Shown here: positions 28,201-37,169 of the stretch, piece after piece
How the letters are laid out: the number at the start of each line of letters is the position of its first letter
Position numbering within the stretch: the stretch's first letter is position 1
Sequence record: NC_054909.1
DNA from: Escherichia phage EC121
DNA: 64,000 nt
Direction: 5' to 3' (one strand)
Made by a program: the position numbers and the translations under genes
The notes under the pieces: model-generated
Database searches by the model: none
What the model saw: the letters and a program-made list of their open reading frames with translations, nothing else
Told to the model about the DNA's origin: nothing

Positions 28201-28738
28201 TTACTATTTCCAAAAGTTTATTATTTTTAAGGTAATTAGCCTTTTCTAGGACTTCAGAAGCATATTTAGAACCTGCTTTAACATTCCATCCCGAATTATA
28301 AGAGGATATCGCCTTTCTTATATCGCCCTTATGTATATTTAACCAATAAGAAAGTTCAATGTACGCCCAGGAAGCTGAATTGGACCGTTTATTCAACATT
28401 CTTTTTATTTCAGCATCGGTCATATTATAACCAAGTTCCTTAACTCTTGCTCGCATGGTCGGCAAATAATTTTGGAACATTCCATAGGCATGATGCTTTG
28501 GTTTAGATTTTAAATTAACTCCGGCAGAGCTTTCTTGCCATAAAATAGCAGCCATTATATGACCCAATCCGCTCTTGTGGATATTTTTGTGTGTTTTATA
28601 TTTTCCATCCTTAGAAAATTGTTCCCCGAATTGATATGCGTAACGCATGTTATCGAGTTGGACATTACTGAAAGTATGCTCGGAGCTATGTGCCATCATT
28701 GAAATGGCCAATAGACCAGCGAGTAGTGCTTTTCTCAT
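28193..28738 (-). CDS. secreted lytic transglycosylase-like protein
   Basis: signal peptide plus SLT-type motifs WQESSAG and YGMFQ. Confidence 0.6.
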   Translation of the reverse strand: MRKALLAGLLAISMMAHSSEHTFSNVQLDNMRYAYQFGEQFSKDGKYKTHKNIHKSGLGHIMAAILWQESSAGVNLKSKPKHHAYGMFQNYLPTMRARVKELGYNMTDAEIKRMLNKRSNSASWAYIELSYWLNIHKGDIRKAISSYNSGWNVKAGSKYASEVLEKANYLKNNKLLEIVND

Positions 28739-28745
28739 GCTTACC

Positions 28746-29207
28746 TCATTGAGTTTTAATTACTGCTTTAGAAGCCTTTCCTGGTAAACGACGACTGTTG
28801 ATAATTGCCATCCTGCACTGAAGCGACGGGTCTTTGAACTTTGCATTAGGTTTACAAACTGTAAATCCAAGCCAAAGATTTCCATCTGTGATTTCTAAAC
28901 GCCCAGGGCGATATTCAACCCCATCAATAAAATCCTCATCAATGTCAGGACGCGGAGGCATACTCAGGAATTCATTAACTTCTAAAACATGGTCTTTTAT
29001 TTTGTGGAATAATTCAAAAACATATGTCTCATCAATCTCCCGTTGAATTGCACGATCAAGAAGATGCTGAGAATATTTTAGATGAAACGATGAGACTCCT
29101 GCTGCTTTTGATGCCTCACGAATCTCATTGTTAATTTGACGAAACTCCGACTCAAAGTGACGACGGAGCTTATTTCGACGGATAAAAACTTCTGTGTTGA
29201 TAGTCAT
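28746..29207 (-). CDS. regB: RegB-like sequence-specific endoribonuclease
   Basis: 153 aa, position between tk/vs region and internal protein genes, matches recalled T4 RegB. Confidence 0.7.
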   Translation of the reverse strand: MTINTEVFIRRNKLRRHFESEFRQINNEIREASKAAGVSSFHLKYSQHLLDRAIQREIDETYVFELFHKIKDHVLEVNEFLSMPPRPDIDEDFIDGVEYRPGRLEITDGNLWLGFTVCKPNAKFKDPSLQCRMAIINSRRLPGKASKAVIKTQ

Positions 29208-29234
29208 GTTATTCTCCTCTTAACTGATAGAAAA

Positions 29235-29263
29235 ATTATACCACAGTCAAGAGGAAAAGTAAA
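29235..29263 (-). promoter_or_regulatory. sigma70-type early promoter upstream of regB
   Basis: GTTTACT -35, 17-nt spacer, TATAAT -10. Confidence 0.45.
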
Positions 29264-29266
29264 CAG

Positions 29267-29545
29267 TTATTCTTTAAATCTAATCAATTTATTCATAGAC
29301 TTTGAAACTTCTTCACGAACCTCATGTAGATTTTTAAGCTGTTCAAGACGCTGCTCATAGTAAGCAATTTCATCTTCTTCGAGACAGTCCTGTGAATCTT
29401 CTTTAAGATAACGTGCGTAGTCCTGGAAAGCTTTACGGACTACTTCTTGGAAGTCATCAAGACTTTGAATTTTCTTAGGAGCAACAGATACACGACGAGG
29501 GGCAGTATAATACTCGTAACCAAACCCTGCGCTTAATTGAGCCAT
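29267..29545 (-). CDS. hypothetical protein (about 92 aa)
   Basis: internal ATG abutting upstream stop. Confidence 0.5.
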   Translation of the reverse strand: MAQLSAGFGYEYYTAPRRVSVAPKKIQSLDDFQEVVRKAFQDYARYLKEDSQDCLEEDEIAYYEQRLEQLKNLHEVREEVSKSMNKLIRFKE

Positions 29546-29847
29546 TAATATTTTTCCTCTGGTTGGAACACTGCGCGACAAGCCCACATACTAGCTTCTT
29601 TGAGTTTCGTTTTAGCAATAGTTAACTGATCGAGGCTTTCAGCATAATTCTTCGCGAGTTCATCATCTTCACAGCTATCGAATGCTTCCCAGAATTCATC
29701 GTATAAAGCATCAAAGATAAGTCCTAAACGAACTTCAGCGTCTTTGATAGCATTCACTTTACCGATTTTCTCTTCAGTATGCGGCTTATAACCTTTAATG
29801 TCTTCAATCATATTTGACTTCCTCACCAGTACATAAATCATATTCAA
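29545..29847 (-). CDS. hypothetical acidic helical protein (start uncertain)
   Basis: minus-strand ORF. Confidence 0.5.
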   Translation of the reverse strand: MNMIYVLVRKSNMIEDIKGYKPHTEEKIGKVNAIKDAEVRLGLIFDALYDEFWEAFDSCEDDELAKNYAESLDQLTIAKTKLKEASMWACRAVFQPEEKY

Positions 29848-30025
29848 CTAAACGAATAGGTTCATGAATGCCATATCCTTGAACAGAAATTTCTGTCGTA
29901 GGATAAATTCCATCAATATCACCCATATTCCAGGCTTCATTAAATTGTTGTTCGCCTGAATTACTAAACCACTCGGCGAAAGCATTTAGCACATCTTTAG
30001 AACCTTCAATAATTATCTTTGCCAT
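29804..30025 (-). CDS. hypothetical protein (73 aa)
   Basis: ATG overlaps stop of GrcA-like gene. Confidence 0.5.
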   Translation of the reverse strand: MAKIIIEGSKDVLNAFAEWFSNSGEQQFNEAWNMGDIDGIYPTTEISVQGYGIHEPIRLVEYDLCTGEEVKYD

Positions 30026-30387
30026 TACAAACTCTCAGTAAAGGTACGAGCGATAACGTCGCGCTGCTGTTCCGGAGTCAGAGAGTTAAAGCGAACTGCA
30101 TAACCGGATACACGGATGGTCAGCTGCGGATATTTTTCCGGATGCTTAACTGCATCTTCCAGAGTTTCACGACGCAGAACGTTTACGTTCAGGTGTTGAC
30201 CACCTTCAATTTTAACTGTAGGTTGTGTTTCAATTTCAATTTCACGGGCATGCAAACCGTAGAAAATTTCTGGGTCTACAAAAGAGTCCTCTTTAAAGGT
30301 TTTAGAGACAATAATTCGTGCTTGAATACCATCTTCAAAATAAATAGTACCTTTATGTGTGCCTTCAAGAATTTGATATGCTTTCAT
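30025..30387 (-). CDS. autonomous glycyl radical cofactor (GrcA/YfiD-like)
   Basis: C-terminal 60 aa incl. glycyl radical motif RVSGYAVRF and ending TFTESL as recalled for E. coli GrcA; N-terminus MKAYQILEG. Confidence 0.8.
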   Translation of the reverse strand: MKAYQILEGTHKGTIYFEDGIQARIIVSKTFKEDSFVDPEIFYGLHAREIEIETQPTVKIEGGQHLNVNVLRRETLEDAVKHPEKYPQLTIRVSGYAVRFNSLTPEQQRDVIARTFTESL

Positions 30388-30394
30388 ATAAACC

Positions 30395-30724
30395 TCAATT
30401 AGAAAATAAATTTATCCAAGATTGTTCTTTAATTAAAAATGGCTCAGAATCATATGCCATTAAACTTTGGGTGATTAGTCCTTTAAAAGGTCCATCAATA
30501 AATTCCATGGTAAAATATGGAATTTTATTCATTAACTGCGCGTTAGGAGCAGTGCACAAAACTCTGCATCCTTTGAATACGCCTTTTTGTAATTTGTATT
30601 GCTTGGGATAAAATTCGCTCAAAATGTTATTATTTGCCAAAATTTCAAAATGATTCACCAATTTATTTTTAATAGTTTTTGGCGAAAAATAAAGATATTC
30701 GAAAAGCTGTGTGTCTGTCATCAT
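30395..30724 (-). CDS. hypothetical protein (109 aa)
   Basis: minus-strand ORF. Confidence 0.5.
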   Translation of the reverse strand: MMTDTQLFEYLYFSPKTIKNKLVNHFEILANNNILSEFYPKQYKLQKGVFKGCRVLCTAPNAQLMNKIPYFTMEFIDGPFKGLITQSLMAYDSEPFLIKEQSWINLFSN

Positions 30725-31311
30725 TGCATTCCAATCACAAAAAATTGAGGACGAACTGTTTCACCTGTTTCAGCATTATAGCTTCGACAACAGTGTTGTA
30801 CCGTTTTAATATGGATATTGTAAATCTTATCCATATCAGGAGCTTTAATAGGTTCGTCAATTATGTACAAGATACGAGAAAGCGATAACCCACGGAATTT
30901 ATGACCTTCATTACCGATAAAACTACGGACAGAATCAGTAAATAAACGGAATCGAATATCATCATTAGAATAACGCGAAAATTCCTTTTTAATGTTATTT
31001 GCAGAAATTTTAGCGTAAGCTGAAGTATTAGAAAGAACAATAACTGTTCCGCCATCATACAACCAATTAGCAGCAAAGTTAGTCACAGCAATTGATTTAC
31101 CGGATTGACGTCCACCATCTAGTCGAAGTGTACAATACTGTTTAAGTAAGTCTTCAAATGGCGGGATATATTCGTTTTTACAAATTTCTTCTACTCTAGC
31201 ATCAGAATGGTGTGTAAAAGCATTCATCAGGGATAGATAAGGACCGGTTAAAAATGTTCTCATTTTATTCTCTCTAAGTTTGGGCCATTCCGTGGCGCAT
31301 GAATTGTCCAT
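30721..31311 (-). CDS. P-loop NTPase-like protein (196 aa)
   Basis: Walker A GGRQSGKS and Walker B ILYIIDEP. Confidence 0.55.
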   Translation of the reverse strand: MDNSCATEWPKLRENKMRTFLTGPYLSLMNAFTHHSDARVEEICKNEYIPPFEDLLKQYCTLRLDGGRQSGKSIAVTNFAANWLYDGGTVIVLSNTSAYAKISANNIKKEFSRYSNDDIRFRLFTDSVRSFIGNEGHKFRGLSLSRILYIIDEPIKAPDMDKIYNIHIKTVQHCCRSYNAETGETVRPQFFVIGMQ

Positions 31312-31404
31312 TTCTGCATTTACCCATTACCGCACTTGGGCTCGACCTTATCACAGGTTGGCGGGAATCCCTCACAGAATCATGAGGTCCAGGTTGTTCC
31401 CATA

Positions 31405-31878
31405 TTATTTGAACGATTTAACGTACTGAATAGAACCCTTACTATTCACGAAAGCGATTTTACCATTTTTGTTATACATGGTAGCAGTACGTTGATAACC
31501 ATAAGTTTGTTTACCAGATTGATAACCAACTAATGCAAAATTATCTTCACCCATTTTATTCTGCTTAGCGCGAATGCGTTCATGGCCATGTGCCATAAGA
31601 ACCTTAGCATCACCCGTTGCAATGGATCTACGAGTTTTTTCATCTTCAACTGTATTAACAAAGTCGTCAAATGAATCAAATTTAGCATGAGATTTATTAT
31701 ACAGTTTTCCATCTACTGCATAATTATATCCTTGTACATCCATCTCAACTTCTGTACCGTCATCCAATACAGCAGTGATTTTCTGTCCTTTTTTAAATTT
31801 CAAAAGATCAGTAAAAGATTCAGCAATAATTTGAGAATTAATAGCTGCTTCAGTAATAAATTCTTGATATGTTTTCAT
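31405..31878 (-). CDS. capsid internal protein (IPIII-like)
   Basis: N-terminal capsid targeting sequence MKTYQEFITE. Confidence 0.65.
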   Translation of the reverse strand: MKTYQEFITEAAINSQIIAESFTDLLKFKKGQKITAVLDDGTEVEMDVQGYNYAVDGKLYNKSHAKFDSFDDFVNTVEDEKTRRSIATGDAKVLMAHGHERIRAKQNKMGEDNFALVGYQSGKQTYGYQRTATMYNKNGKIAFVNSKGSIQYVKSFK

Positions 31879-31894
31879 GTGTATCCTTTAATTT

Positions 31895-32212
31895 TTATTC
31901 TTTAGGGAAGTTTTTAGAATATGCATCATAAAGCTTATTTCCAATACGGCGGAAAACTCTAGCCGCAAAACGATTTTCTGGGTTTTTAATCATGATTTGC
32001 ATCATATAAGTACCCGCGTCAGAAAGAGCTTCTTCATAGTACCCGTTAATTTCTTTAAGAGTCCTACGTTTACCACCAGGACCATCAACAGTGATTTTCC
32101 ATTTACCTGTAGAAGTGCGACTTGGCGGCTCAACTTGTTCAATCCAGATATAACCGCCTTCTACACGTTGTCCTGCAGCAGATTCTGCAATAAATTCTTT
32201 ATACGTTTTCAT
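31895..32212 (-). CDS. capsid internal protein (IPII-like)
   Basis: N-terminal capsid targeting sequence MKTYKEFIAE. Confidence 0.65.
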   Translation of the reverse strand: MKTYKEFIAESAAGQRVEGGYIWIEQVEPPSRTSTGKWKITVDGPGGKRRTLKEINGYYEEALSDAGTYMMQIMIKNPENRFAARVFRRIGNKLYDAYSKNFPKE

Positions 32213-32249
32213 GTGTTTCCTTTAAATATTTTAATTAGTAACTGTGAAT

Positions 32250-32278
32250 ATACTATCACAGTTCTAGGAGAAAGTAAA
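32250..32278 (-). promoter_or_regulatory. sigma70-type early promoter
   Basis: GTTTACT -35, TAGTAT -10. Confidence 0.4.
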
Positions 32279-32283
32279 CAACT

Positions 32284-32814
<531 letters not shown>

Positions 32815-33270
32815 TTAAAAGAGGTTGTTCATTATTCGGTAAAGTGAAGGACCCATCACATATTGCCACTGAGTGCGAGGAATAAGAGCAAAAGCATCCA
32901 TCTCTGGAATCATAACGCCATCTTTATTTTCAAAATAAGACTCGCAATGGCAATTTCTGAACATCTCATGCTCTACTGGAATCGTATAATAAAACAACTG
33001 TAGGTCTTTATTACTAGAATATTTAAATACACCTAGGTCTTCTAGAAGGTCTGGATTATAATTGCTAAAACCGGTCTCTTCTAAGCATTCTCTTCGTGCT
33101 GCATCTAATGCGCTTAAATCAGAATTTTCTACACGGCCCTTTGGAATATCCCAACGATGTGCCATCATTCCAGGCTTACGAGAACCAGTAACCCGACCCA
33201 TAAATAAATCTTTATCTTCTGTCATAAAAATAATACCAGCTGATAATGTTTTCATTTTAATTTCCTGCAT
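32815..33270 (-). CDS. nudE: Nudix hydrolase NudE
   Basis: Nudix box GRVENSDLSALDAARRECLEETGF. Confidence 0.85.
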   Translation of the reverse strand: MQEIKMKTLSAGIIFMTEDKDLFMGRVTGSRKPGMMAHRWDIPKGRVENSDLSALDAARRECLEETGFSNYNPDLLEDLGVFKYSSNKDLQLFYYTIPVEHEMFRNCHCESYFENKDGVMIPEMDAFALIPRTQWQYVMGPSLYRIMNNLF

Positions 33271-33740
33271 TCAGTGATAAAGTTATTTAAATTTTGAGTA
33301 TATTTCTTTTCATCAAAAATCTTTTGCTGCCTACGTAACCGCCATGGCATTTCAATGAACACGCACCATATTCCTGATAGTACTGCTGCTGTAAAAATAT
33401 TAACAAGTATAATTAAAAGAATCCAATCTTCCGTTCTGCCTACTGGACTTTCTCCAAAGAAGCAAAATACAAATGATGTCACAGGAAAACTAATAATATA
33501 CCACAGAATAACCTTCTTATCTGTGAACCAATCAGCGTTCGTTAACTTAGCACGACCATTTTGAATACACACGAATTTATCATCTGTTACAGTAGATGGC
33601 TTAACTGCTTGATATCCCATTCTAAACTCCCTAATTAATCGTTTCTTTGTATCTTCAGAACAGCCGCTCCAGTCAACTCTATCGACTGAAATGCCATCGT
33701 CCCCATCATCTAAATCATACCAGCGAGTTTTTAAAATCAT
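33252..33740 (-). CDS. membrane protein, FVxxCRK-tail family member 1
   Basis: two hydrophobic helices, C-terminal NFITECRKLK. Confidence 0.55.
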   Translation of the reverse strand: MILKTRWYDLDDGDDGISVDRVDWSGCSEDTKKRLIREFRMGYQAVKPSTVTDDKFVCIQNGRAKLTNADWFTDKKVILWYIISFPVTSFVFCFFGESPVGRTEDWILLIILVNIFTAAVLSGIWCVFIEMPWRLRRQQKIFDEKKYTQNLNNFITECRKLK

Positions 33741-34111
33741 TTGATTTTCCTACAATCATTCACGAATTCTTTCATTGATTCATTTTCAATATAAGACATG
33801 TAGTTATTATATTCTTTTAATTGTATTTTGTAATCCTTTTTTCTTTGCCAATTTATTTTAAAATTATCATAATGAAAATATAAAATGATACTAAAGAATG
33901 AAAATAATGAAATTGCTATAGTATAATGAAGTTCACTCCAAACTTCTATTATATCTACTATACCGCTGACGTTACTGCGGATGTTTAAAATAATACAGTC
34001 AATCATTAATCCAATAAGACTACCAGCAAGAGCTGCAGCCAACGCCACAGCAAAAATTAAAAATGACTCAGAAAAAGAATATTTGACTTTATTTAGTTTT
34101 GGCTTTTGCAT
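33737..34111 (-). CDS. membrane protein, FVxxCRK-tail family member 2
   Basis: two hydrophobic helices, C-terminal EFVNDCRKIK. Confidence 0.55.
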   Translation of the reverse strand: MQKPKLNKVKYSFSESFLIFAVALAAALAGSLIGLMIDCIILNIRSNVSGIVDIIEVWSELHYTIAISLFSFFSIILYFHYDNFKINWQRKKDYKIQLKEYNNYMSYIENESMKEFVNDCRKIK

Positions 34112-34506
34112 CGTGATTCCTTAACAAATTTCATAATTTCATTAAATTCATACATATTTAGTTTAAGCTGGTGTTCCTTTTTAATCTTTTTACACTGAGC
34201 TTTCCATTCGCGTACGCGTTTACGATAATGTCTTCCTTGATACCAGTATCCTACCCAATTTACAGGTACTAATAAAAGTGGAACTATTAATGGAAGAATT
34301 AGCATTAACACAAGTATTTCGCCAGAATCAATATCAGTCATAACATCTAAAACACCTCCAATAATCAATAGAATTACAAATGATATAAGTATAACAGGAC
34401 CTATTAATACATCAGTAGAAATTATCTGACGCTTTAATTCATACTTCAAAGGTTTACTTGGAAGGTATAGTGATGGCTTTGACATATTCTCTACATTCCT
34501 TAACAA
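34093..34506 (-). CDS. membrane protein, FVxxCRK-tail family member 3
   Basis: two hydrophobic helices, C-terminal KFVKESRCK. Confidence 0.55.
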   Translation of the reverse strand: MLRNVENMSKPSLYLPSKPLKYELKRQIISTDVLIGPVILISFVILLIIGGVLDVMTDIDSGEILVLMLILPLIVPLLLVPVNWVGYWYQGRHYRKRVREWKAQCKKIKKEHQLKLNMYEFNEIMKFVKESRCKSQN

Positions 34507-35062
34507 ATTTTTCTAGTAATAAATCGCTTTCAAAATTGGGATTTTCCACTAATTTATCAAAAAGATCATCAACAATAGTCAAAATATTCTTTTTACTAAG
34601 AATACGCTTATTTTCATGCTTCGTTTCAGAATCAACTATAAGAGTAAAGAAATATTTCTTTCCCTGAAATTTTACCGTAGTATCAATATAGAATAAATTT
34701 GACTTTTGTAAATTACGTTTAAACCATGCGTCACTTAAACTATAAACACCGAGATAATCAAAATCGTCGTTTAAATAACAAACTGACCATTCAGGAGAAA
34801 TGAAATCAGTAAATTCAACATCAAAATCACATGTCAATGAATAAATTGATTCAATATTGTTAATAAGTATTCCAGGACGTATTAAAGACTTTTTACCTCT
34901 AGAAAATCTTCCAGAAAGACTTTCATCAGTTTCATATGAAGAACCCCAATAATAATTACGTCCTTCTGCCATACGTTTAAGAGCATTTAATAATTGGTCT
35001 GGAACATCAACTTGTCTTTGGAATTCTTCAAACATTGAATTGAAATCACTTTGCATTTTCAT
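34454..35062 (-). CDS. hypothetical soluble protein with FVxxCRE tail (202 aa)
   Basis: C-terminal EKFVKECREYVK. Confidence 0.55.
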   Translation of the reverse strand: MKMQSDFNSMFEEFQRQVDVPDQLLNALKRMAEGRNYYWGSSYETDESLSGRFSRGKKSLIRPGILINNIESIYSLTCDFDVEFTDFISPEWSVCYLNDDFDYLGVYSLSDAWFKRNLQKSNLFYIDTTVKFQGKKYFFTLIVDSETKHENKRILSKKNILTIVDDLFDKLVENPNFESDLLLEKFVKECREYVKAITIPSK

Positions 35063-35082
35063 TCCTATTTACTCCAAGTAAT

Positions 35083-35098
35083 AGGGGCCGAAGCCCCT
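35083..35098. terminator. GC hairpin (GGGGCCGAAGCCCC), terminator-like, orientation unclear
   Basis: perfect 5-bp GC stem with CGAA loop between two minus-strand genes. Confidence 0.35.
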
Positions 35099-35104
35099 TT
35101 ATCA

Positions 35105-35698
35105 TTATTTCAGAGAATTAATGTATTCCTGAACATCAGCAGAGGTAGTTTCAACCCCAGAAATATTGCCATTAAAGGTTTCAACTCGGGCAAGAGTATC
35201 TTCAATATCAACCTTAGTCAGCGCTGCAATTTCAACTACATCATCAGCAGTACTAATTCCGAGGGCATTCGCGGCGCGAGTTTCACGGATATATTCCAAT
35301 TTAACTGCAAGTTCTTGGCGAGCATCATCTAACTCAACTACTTTCTTGGCGATTTCAATTCGCATTTCAGCATAACCATCAGCTTTAGTAGTCAACTGCT
35401 CAGCTGTTCGACGATATAGTAAACCAAGTTTAGCATGCATTGTTACATCTTGACCTTCCGAAAGAAGCTTGCGAATTTCACGCTCTTTTGATTCGGCCTG
35501 CTTATTCTTTTCGACAATAAGTTCACGAATACGTTTTTCTTCATTAATAGATTTAATAGAAGCAGTTTTTAGATCTTTAATTTTATCAAGTAGTTTTGCT
35601 GCTGCGGCAGTATACTGTTCTTCAACAGATAGATTTTTAGCCATAGCAGAACCAAGTTTAGTGCGAATAAACTCAACAATTTTCTTCAGTGTGTTCAT
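35105..35698 (-). CDS. coiled-coil protein (197 aa), PspA-like architecture (tentative)
   Basis: continuous helical heptad pattern; no catalytic motif. Confidence 0.55.
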   Translation of the reverse strand: MNTLKKIVEFIRTKLGSAMAKNLSVEEQYTAAAAKLLDKIKDLKTASIKSINEEKRIRELIVEKNKQAESKEREIRKLLSEGQDVTMHAKLGLLYRRTAEQLTTKADGYAEMRIEIAKKVVELDDARQELAVKLEYIRETRAANALGISTADDVVEIAALTKVDIEDTLARVETFNGNISGVETTSADVQEYINSLK

Positions 35699-35805
35699 AG
35701 TATTTCCTTAGGTTGATTAAGATTTAAAATCCGTGAGAGTATTAGTATTATACTCTATCTTCAAGTTATGGGCTCATAATATCTCAATCATGAGCCTATG
35801 TAAAC

Positions 35806-36081
35806 TTATTTCATATTATTGAAATATTCTTCTGCGATTTCGTCGTTATCATGGTAAACTTTAGAAGACAATTTAACATAACCTTCAGCAGTGAACATGT
35901 TAATCACAACCTTTACAGTATACCACTGACCGTCTTCATTGCCCATTACCGCATAAGTTTCAAACATCGGATGATCAGGACCGATAACTTTAATATCATT
36001 CACTGTACGACCGAAATCTTCTGAAACACATTTCATAAAGAAGTTGAACAGTTCGCCGTAATTATCCATTTCGTTCTCCAA
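35806..36081 (-). CDS. hypothetical acidic protein (91 aa)
   Basis: ORF downstream of promoter 36113..36141. Confidence 0.55.
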   Translation of the reverse strand: MENEMDNYGELFNFFMKCVSEDFGRTVNDIKVIGPDHPMFETYAVMGNEDGQWYTVKVVINMFTAEGYVKLSSKVYHDNDEIAEEYFNNMK

Positions 36082-36112
36082 GTTGTTTTCTGTATCAGTA
36101 GTTGATAGTTGT

Positions 36113-36141
36113 ATAGTACCATGGAAGAACAGGGATGTAAA
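36113..36141 (-). promoter_or_regulatory. sigma70-type early promoter
   Basis: GTTTACA -35, 17-nt spacer, TACTAT -10, CTATCAACT box. Confidence 0.45.
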
Positions 36142-36273
36142 CAGTTTTGTGAAAAAATTTTTAAAAAGTTTTGGGGAATTCTAGGGCAGGGAGGGGAAAT
36201 CAAAGGATAGGATAATATATTATAAAGGGTAGAAACTAAATGATGTCTAGAGAGGCCTGGAAAGGCCTAGATA

Positions 36274-36303
36274 CCAAAAAGCCCCAACCTTTCGGCTGGG
36301 GCT
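36274..36303 (-). terminator. intrinsic terminator downstream of 36311..36784 gene
   Basis: hairpin AGCCCCAACC..GGCTGGGGCT followed by TTTTTGG on minus strand. Confidence 0.55.
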
Positions 36304-36310
36304 AAGAATG

Positions 36311-36784
36311 TTATTTGATTTGTTTAGCAGACCAAATGCGGTCTTTAATAATTTTTTGGATGTCTTCAACATACCCAAGAGAGTGAGCATGTGGGTTATC
36401 TTTGAAACTATAAGCACGAGCCAGTTTTTGGCCTTCAGTTTTGATTACTAAAAGCTCTTTAAGAATAGCTTCATATTTGGAGATAATTCCTTTAACAATA
36501 TTTTTCTCTTGTGCGACTTTAGGATCTGCTTTAGGAGCAGGTTTACCTGAAGCCTTTGCAAAAGCAGCGCCAGTAGCAACTAAACTTTTCCAGGCCATAC
36601 TAACTGCATTTCCCGTAAATCCTTCCGCTTTCATGTCGCGTGCGAACTGGAATCGCGATTCATCAGAAGCATCTTTGTAAGAATATTTACCCGCTGCAAT
36701 GGCTGCTTTTGCGACAGCTTGAATTTCGGTGCTAGATGCTTCATTTAACACCGCTTCATTTAAAAATTGAGTATATGATTTCAT
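36311..36784 (-). CDS. putative capsid-targeted internal protein (157 aa)
   Basis: N-terminus MKSYTQFLNE resembles capsid targeting sequence with LxE cleavage motif; own late promoter. Confidence 0.6.
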   Translation of the reverse strand: MKSYTQFLNEAVLNEASSTEIQAVAKAAIAAGKYSYKDASDESRFQFARDMKAEGFTGNAVSMAWKSLVATGAAFAKASGKPAPKADPKVAQEKNIVKGIISKYEAILKELLVIKTEGQKLARAYSFKDNPHAHSLGYVEDIQKIIKDRIWSAKQIK

Positions 36785-36824
36785 CTTATTTCCTGTTTTA
36801 ATTCGTGGTTTTAATATACTACTA

Positions 36825-36832
36825 TATTTATA
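36825..36832 (-). promoter_or_regulatory. late promoter box TATAAATA
   Basis: plus-strand TATTTATA about 40 nt upstream of ATG at 36784. Confidence 0.45.
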
Positions 36833-36862
36833 CCAAAAAGCCCCAACCTTTCAGTCGGGGCT
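36833..36862 (-). terminator. intrinsic terminator, near-identical copy of 36274..36303
   Basis: hairpin GCCCCAACC..GTCGGGGC followed by TTTTTGG on minus strand. Confidence 0.55.
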
Positions 36863-37169
36863 AAGCCTTGCGGCAACCTTGTCGGGGTTCCACCTGCTAA
36901 GGCAAGTGTTTGTACGAAACGCCGGGATTCGAACCCGGTTATTAAGCAGTTGACGCTACTCAATATTTTTAAAAGGCCATATCTCGACCATATCCGAACG
37001 TTCCGTCAAAAACGCTACTCGGTTTACGGCAAAGATATTTCCTCGAATCGATAATTCGGTGCGCCGTTTCTGCTGTGATAGTAAAGAGCCAGAACACAGT
37101 AAAACTGTGGGAGGAAACTATACTCCAGGGAACATCAGTCCGACGACTTACCGGTAGCGACCCGGTTTC

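Noticed and set aside
31312-31404. Relatively GC-rich intergenic segment as a structured RNA or foreign insert
   Set aside because: Only short hairpins; flanking gene composition is ordinary.
36922-36938. A twelfth tRNA suggested by a perfect T-arm
   Set aside because: No complementary acceptor stem or anticodon arm could be folded.
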